From Psammoneis japonica (Eukaryota): a stretch of DNA of 64,000 nt. A program made the position numbers and the translations under genes. The notes below the pieces were generated by a model. It saw nothing but the letters and a program-made list of their open reading frames with translations, did no database searches and was not told the origin of the DNA. The stretch is taken from NCBI GenBank assembly GCA_008632985.1, contig QPGO01000122.1:124001-188000 (forward strand), read 5' to 3'. Of the stretch, positions 60,780-64,000 are shown in pieces; position 1 is the stretch's first letter; each line of letters begins with the position of its first letter.

Positions 60780-61027
60780 CCAAAAGACGGAGTGCGGAAT
60801 AACAAACGGAATCTGGCGAAAAACCCTCATTCCGTTCAATTCCGTCGATTCCCTCTAGATTCTCGTTCCCTGTGCGGTCATTGTGATACATACATTCGAC
60901 TTGTACTCAAGCAACGAATGCTTTCTCTACACTCTAGAGAGATTAGACTATCCCCAAGTTGTACGCTACTACTACTGAATTCTCGATTGAACAAACGAAC
61001 ATCTACGATTACAAAACAAGCCCATAT

Positions 61028-64000
61028 TCAGTAACTCGGTTCCAGCAAGTGACGTTGATTTTCGGGAAGCTTGGCAATCAAACGAGCAGGAAGTCGAATT
61101 GGCCGACCATGTTTCTTGTATTCCAGAGCCTGGTTGAACGCCTCAAAGTAAGCGTTGGCATCGGGGTTTTTCAAACAGTCGGGTGAATTATTGGCACATT
61201 TCTCTCCCAATCGATACAACTTGCCCAACAAATTGCCAACTTCATTAATCCGACCGACATCAACAATAATATCTTGGGCCGCCTTTAACCAATTCGGATT
61301 GGAAGGGAAGGTACTTAATTTGCCGTCATCATCCGCTTTCTCGTCTTTCAGCGGCACCGAAATCATGTGGCTGACAATTTCCTTGTCCCAGCACACAAGG
61401 TAGAGATCACCATCCAGATCACCATTAGCAATCCGTTCTGGAATGGATTTCATTCCTTCCCGAGGATTCGAGAAGATCAATGCTCCAAACGGCAAATTAT
61501 TGATAAATTCCCAATCTTCCACCGACATGGAATCTGGCTTCGTTCTCAACACTTTGAACTTTCGTCCGTGTTCATTGGCATAGCAAGGAGATCGTGTGAC
61601 AAAGAATTCTTTCGCATTTGGATCCTTGTTCATTCCCGTCAAGAACACCGTATCGGGCGGAAGCGCATTCGTCATGTCGGGTACGCCCACCACCCACGCA
61701 TGATTCCGACGCTCTGGTTTCAAGCTCTCCTTTCCATACTTTTTGTACACTTTCTCGGGCACTCCCATGGTACGCCACAGTTGAAAGACCATGGGGGACA
61801 TTTGCTTGGTGATTTTCTGTTGGAAGCCCTTTTCAGGTGGCGGATTGAGACTTGGATCGAGCTTTCTCCCAATGTACTCATTAGCGGAACCAGAAGAAGG
61901 GTGCAGTTTATATTTGCAAATGACAAGAGCCACCCCTTTGATGGGATTTGGATGCGTCGATTTAGGGACTTTCTTCATCGACCATGGCAGCTCAATCGGC
62001 GGGGCGTCCGTGGAACGCTTCTTGACCAGCATTCCCTTGAAAACCCCCTTTGATGGAATAAAGAGTCGAACCTGAATGGCGATGACGCGTTGTGCCGCGG
62101 CTTTATTCGTCATGCCAGCTGTCTCGAGAACCGAAAGTAATTTGTCTTCCTGGATGAACCCACCTCCAACGTAACCCCTGTCTGGGATCTCTTTAATCTC
62201 GGACTCGTCGAGGAAGACAATGTCCAGTTCAGACGGTGACTGAAGTAGCTCCAGTCGTGAGACGCATTTCCTAGGATTCAGTCTAGAGAAATCACCAATC
62301 CGTTCAAGATATTCCTTCACAGAAAAATCGTCGTCGTCATCGCTCTTGGTTCTAGCGTACACCAACTTGGCTTCTTTGGCCTTGGAAAACGAATGCCCTG
62401 ATGCATTATCCTCATCAATCTTGGATGAGACAATCTCGTAAGTTTCATTTGATTCTCTTAGAGTCCTCAAAAGTGGTTTTTGATTCTTCTTGCCGTTCAT
62501 TTTTACCCGGACAGACCTCTTTCTATCGCTCAGAATATGATCAAACATGGATATTTCAGTCTTCGTCACGTCGTCCGGGTCTTGGAGGACAATTTCCACT
62601 ACCCTTTGGCCGCCAAAAGAAGTAGCTTCCTTAGAATCACTTGGAGCTCGAAAAGCTGCACCTTTCTTTGAATTTTTTTCTTTTAGAATTGATGATTTCG
62701 CCTTTCGCGCTGTGCTCCGTCTCGCTCTCGGTGATGCAATGGACCTTGCCACAGATCGTGTAGCTCTACCAATGTTGCGAATCACCTTCCTTCTTCCCGG
62801 CGATCTGTTTGAATTCTTTGGAGCTACATTCCTTGCCCGAGGTGATGGGTTGGAGGTCTTAGGAGAAGAAGTTGTTTCTACCACCGTGTTTTCCGCAGTG
62901 ACCGCCCCACCCAATAGAAATTCAAGGCTGTCGAGTCTCACCCCAAACTTTTTGCCGTCATCGCACTGGATCATCACTGTGTTTTTCGTTTTCCATTCCA
63001 AAACAACTCCTTTGGCACCTCTTTTTTTTCGATCCGTCAACGAATCTTTGACTTTGACTCTTTTGCCTATGATGGATTCGCACTTTGCGGTTACTTCGCT
63101 GGGAAACTTGTATAAGGGGGGCGTGCCATCGCTGATGATACTGTCCGAGACAGTAATCGGGATTTCCGCGGTATCATGGGCGCTATGGACATCCCTGTTC
63201 ACCTCGGTAGATGCTTCAACATGGGTGGAATATTGAATGGGCTGGACGGATGATGGTCCAGGGTTTGCTGTACTAGTAGGGGATTGTCCGGTACTCTCGG
63301 CCGGTTCTCCGAGTGTAGTCTCACTTCCAGCGTCTCGCTCAACATGAATGCTGTTCACTAGATACAAATTTTGGTTTCGTCGTTCCTCCGTTTCCACAAC
63401 CAGAGACTCTTCGGAATTGGCGGAAACGCTACTGTGCTTGCCTGGTGCTTTCCCAAGGTCTGGCAAGTCAGGCGGCTGTTCAGCACGCTCACCTGCAGGT
63501 GCAGTCTGTGCGACAGGCCCTGGCTGCTTGGTGGCACTGGTTATGACCGAATTACCCGTATCTACAAACTCGATGTTCGCAAGTCGGACTCCAAACTCTT
63601 TACTGTTCTCACATTGGAGCTCAACGGTACTCTTGGTCTTCCAGTGTAGAACAGTACCTATCTGATTTCTTTTCTTGGCATCTTTCAAAGATGACTTCAC
63701 CTTCACGCGCTTTCCCAGCAGCCAATCGGACTTGGCAGGGACCTCAGAAGGAGAAGCGTAAGGAAAGGCCTTCAGAATAGCCGTTCCATTCTCTGCGTTG
63801 GGTTCATTCGTATGGGTAGCGCTGATAGTGCTGTATGGAGAACCCGGCTCGACCTGTTGACGTTCTTCCGTTGCGTCCTCGCGAAAAGGATGAAGGAGAG
63901 GGCGTTGTTCTGGATGTTCCAACACGATTTTCTCAAGTGGTTTTCGTGTTTCCTGAGATTCGACAGAGCGTTTCAAGGCATCGTCGTTCTCCTTATTACT
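61028..64000 (-). CDS. Eukaryotic RNA-dependent RNA polymerase (RNAi-type); 5' end lies outside the window
   Basis: SRLELLQSP, G.GFI, AIQVR..G.FKGML, GVPD.T..L, VTRSPC, IFS, NGDLDGDLY.VCWD (catalytic DLDGD at 61406-61420); frame open to the window edge. Confidence 0.92.
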   Translation of the reverse strand, partial: SNKENDDALKRSVESQETRKPLEKIVLEHPEQRPLLHPFREDATEERQQVEPGSPYSTISATHTNEPNAENGTAILKAFPYASPSEVPAKSDWLLGKRVKVKSSLKDAKKRNQIGTVLHWKTKSTVELQCENSKEFGVRLANIEFVDTGNSVITSATKQPGPVAQTAPAGERAEQPPDLPDLGKAPGKHSSVSANSEESLVVETEERRNQNLYLVNSIHVERDAGSETTLGEPAESTGQSPTSTANPGPSSVQPIQYSTHVEASTEVNRDVHSAHDTAEIPITVSDSIISDGTPPLYKFPSEVTAKCESIIGKRVKVKDSLTDRKKRGAKGVVLEWKTKNTVMIQCDDGKKFGVRLDSLEFLLGGAVTAENTVVETTSSPKTSNPSPRARNVAPKNSNRSPGRRKVIRNIGRATRSVARSIASPRARRSTARKAKSSILKEKNSKKGAAFRAPSDSKEATSFGGQRVVEIVLQDPDDVTKTEISMFDHILSDRKRSVRVKMNGKKNQKPLLRTLRESNETYEIVSSKIDEDNASGHSFSKAKEAKLVYARTKSDDDDDFSVKEYLERIGDFSRLNPRKCVSRLELLQSPSELDIVFLDESEIKEIPDRGYVGGGFIQEDKLLSVLETAGMTNKAAAQRVIAIQVRLFIPSKGVFKGMLVKKRSTDAPPIELPWSMKKVPKSTHPNPIKGVALVICKYKLHPSSGSANEYIGRKLDPSLNPPPEKGFQQKITKQMSPMVFQLWRTMGVPEKVYKKYGKESLKPERRNHAWVVGVPDMTNALPPDTVFLTGMNKDPNAKEFFVTRSPCYANEHGRKFKVLRTKPDSMSVEDWEFINNLPFGALIFSNPREGMKSIPERIANGDLDGDLYLVCWDKEIVSHMISVPLKDEKADDDGKLSTFPSNPNWLKAAQDIIVDVGRINEVGNLLGKLYRLGEKCANNSPDCLKNPDANAYFEAFNQALEYKKHGRPIRLPARLIAKLPENQRHLLEPSY

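Noticed and set aside
1..64000. rRNA or tRNA genes
   Set aside because: No conserved rRNA segments or cloverleaf/T-loop motifs recognised by eye; a covariance-model search was not possible

Overview
Eukaryotic nuclear DNA, almost certainly from a diatom (silicanin-family gene, CoDi-type copia elements, a plastid-lumen-type presequence). The window alternates between gene islands and transposon-derived blocks. Genes: EamA transporter, silicanin-like protein, SUN-domain protein plus a split paralogue, bestrophin-like channel, Pro/Tyr/Lys-rich secreted protein, PRMT3-like methyltransferase, TET/JBP-like candidate, aspartoacylase-like enzyme, ankyrin protein, FAM151-like protein, S-formylglutathione hydrolase, glucokinase, and an RNA-dependent RNA polymerase. 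Mobile DNA: a full-length 7.2-kb Ty1/copia element with LTRs and TSD, plus decayed copia, pogo-like and CRE-like relics. The main signal is that the transposon blocks have lost almost all TpA dinucleotides by TpA->TpG/CpA transitions, the opposite direction to fungal RIP. It is directly visible in four independent pairs of duplicated sequence. It appears to precede CpG decay, to spare YTAR contexts, to fade towards gene islands, and to have altered catalytic codons of the retrotransposon. This looks like a domain-targeted A:T->G:C hypermutation (genome-defence) system that I do not recognise, or else a base modification misread by the sequencer. Many genes carry 1-bp frameshifts, suggesting an unpolished long-read assembly. 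All counts were made by eye and no database searches were run.
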